Below are positions 63,283-64,000 of a DNA stretch of 64,000 nucleotides, piece after piece (the first letter of the stretch is position 1; each line of letters begins with the position of its first letter). The stretch is from Acanthaster planci (Eukaryota), in assembly GCF_001949145.1 (NCBI RefSeq), contig NW_019091359.1, positions 1,195,976 to 1,259,975 on the forward strand, in the 5' to 3' direction. Under the pieces are notes generated by a model. It did not search any database, had not been told where the DNA came from, and saw only the letters and a list, made by a program, of their open reading frames with translations. The translations under genes were made by a program, and so were the position numbers.

Positions 63283-64000
63283 CATGCGCAAAAGATTGTT
63301 TGATCACTTACTGCTCATGTACATGTACTCATCAGTGGACACGTGAGGCATATATGTCTCTACTGGGGTGGGAAGAAATCTCCCCTCCCCACATCCCGCG
63401 GAATTTTGTCATTTTTTTTTTCTCCTGACATCCTGGATCCTGCAGGTGTTTCCTCTGTTTTCAAATATTGTTTTGGGCGAAAACAAAAGGGATCGCTTTT
63501 TCAAAAATGCCCATCCCCAACTACGGCTAAAAGCTCGAAGCGTCACTTGAACAAAGTCTTGATGGCCTGCCGACGGCAAACTCTTGTTGAAGGGTAGAAT
63601 TATTCTCGCCTGCTTTCCATAAATATAAAATTAAGAAACACTGTCGGGTTAAACAGTGGTAAACAAGTGAGCGGTCACAGAATCGCAGCTTTTAGAGGGG
63701 AAGGATAATGTGGTTTGTTTTGACCGGCTGGCTAGACGAAAAACAAATTAGCCATTCGGGATACTGCATTCAAGTTTACACAGGCAAGCCTGTTAATGAC
63801 GTCTCGCTTTAAGCAAGAGCTCATCCATTTCCTTGCCGGTGCTAAAAATAGTTGTTTGTGCTCGCCGCGAAACGACTGTGTACGTGCGGAGCGGAGCGCA
63901 GGGTTCGTTAGAAATGACCCAATAAAATCAGGTCCAAAACAATAAATCCATTATCCCGACACATTTCGTTCCTTGATCTATTTTATTTCCCTGCACTTAG

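Overview
This is eukaryotic, intron-containing animal DNA. Gene content and repeat landscape suggest an invertebrate deuterostome such as an echinoderm (inference). There is a 660-N assembly gap at 4022-4681. Six protein-coding genes can be reconstructed by hand with GT-AG junctions and consistent reading frames. Two are tandem minus-strand paralogues encoding secreted Kazal-domain proteins (249 and 314 aa) with an unusual basic, non-canonical Kazal domain, an acidic Ser/Asp/Glu tract, a Pro/Ser/Thr stalk and a C-terminal Kazal domain. One is a single-ORF Tctex-1-domain dynein light chain-like gene, and one is an intronless class A GPCR of the moody/Tre1/melatonin-receptor-like type. The last two are tandem plus-strand SLC6 GABA-transporter (GAT-1-like) paralogues: the first is complete (12 coding exons, 676 aa) and the second runs off the window end. 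Non-coding DNA holds two decayed LINEs, a tRNA-derived SINE, several MITEs (some nested) and a tRNA-like unit bounded by 38-bp direct repeats. No CRISPR, rRNA or prokaryotic system is visible. The best leads are the atypical Kazal protein pair, the direct-repeat tRNA-like element, and local homogenisation of the TM1 and TM6 exons between the SLC6 paralogues.
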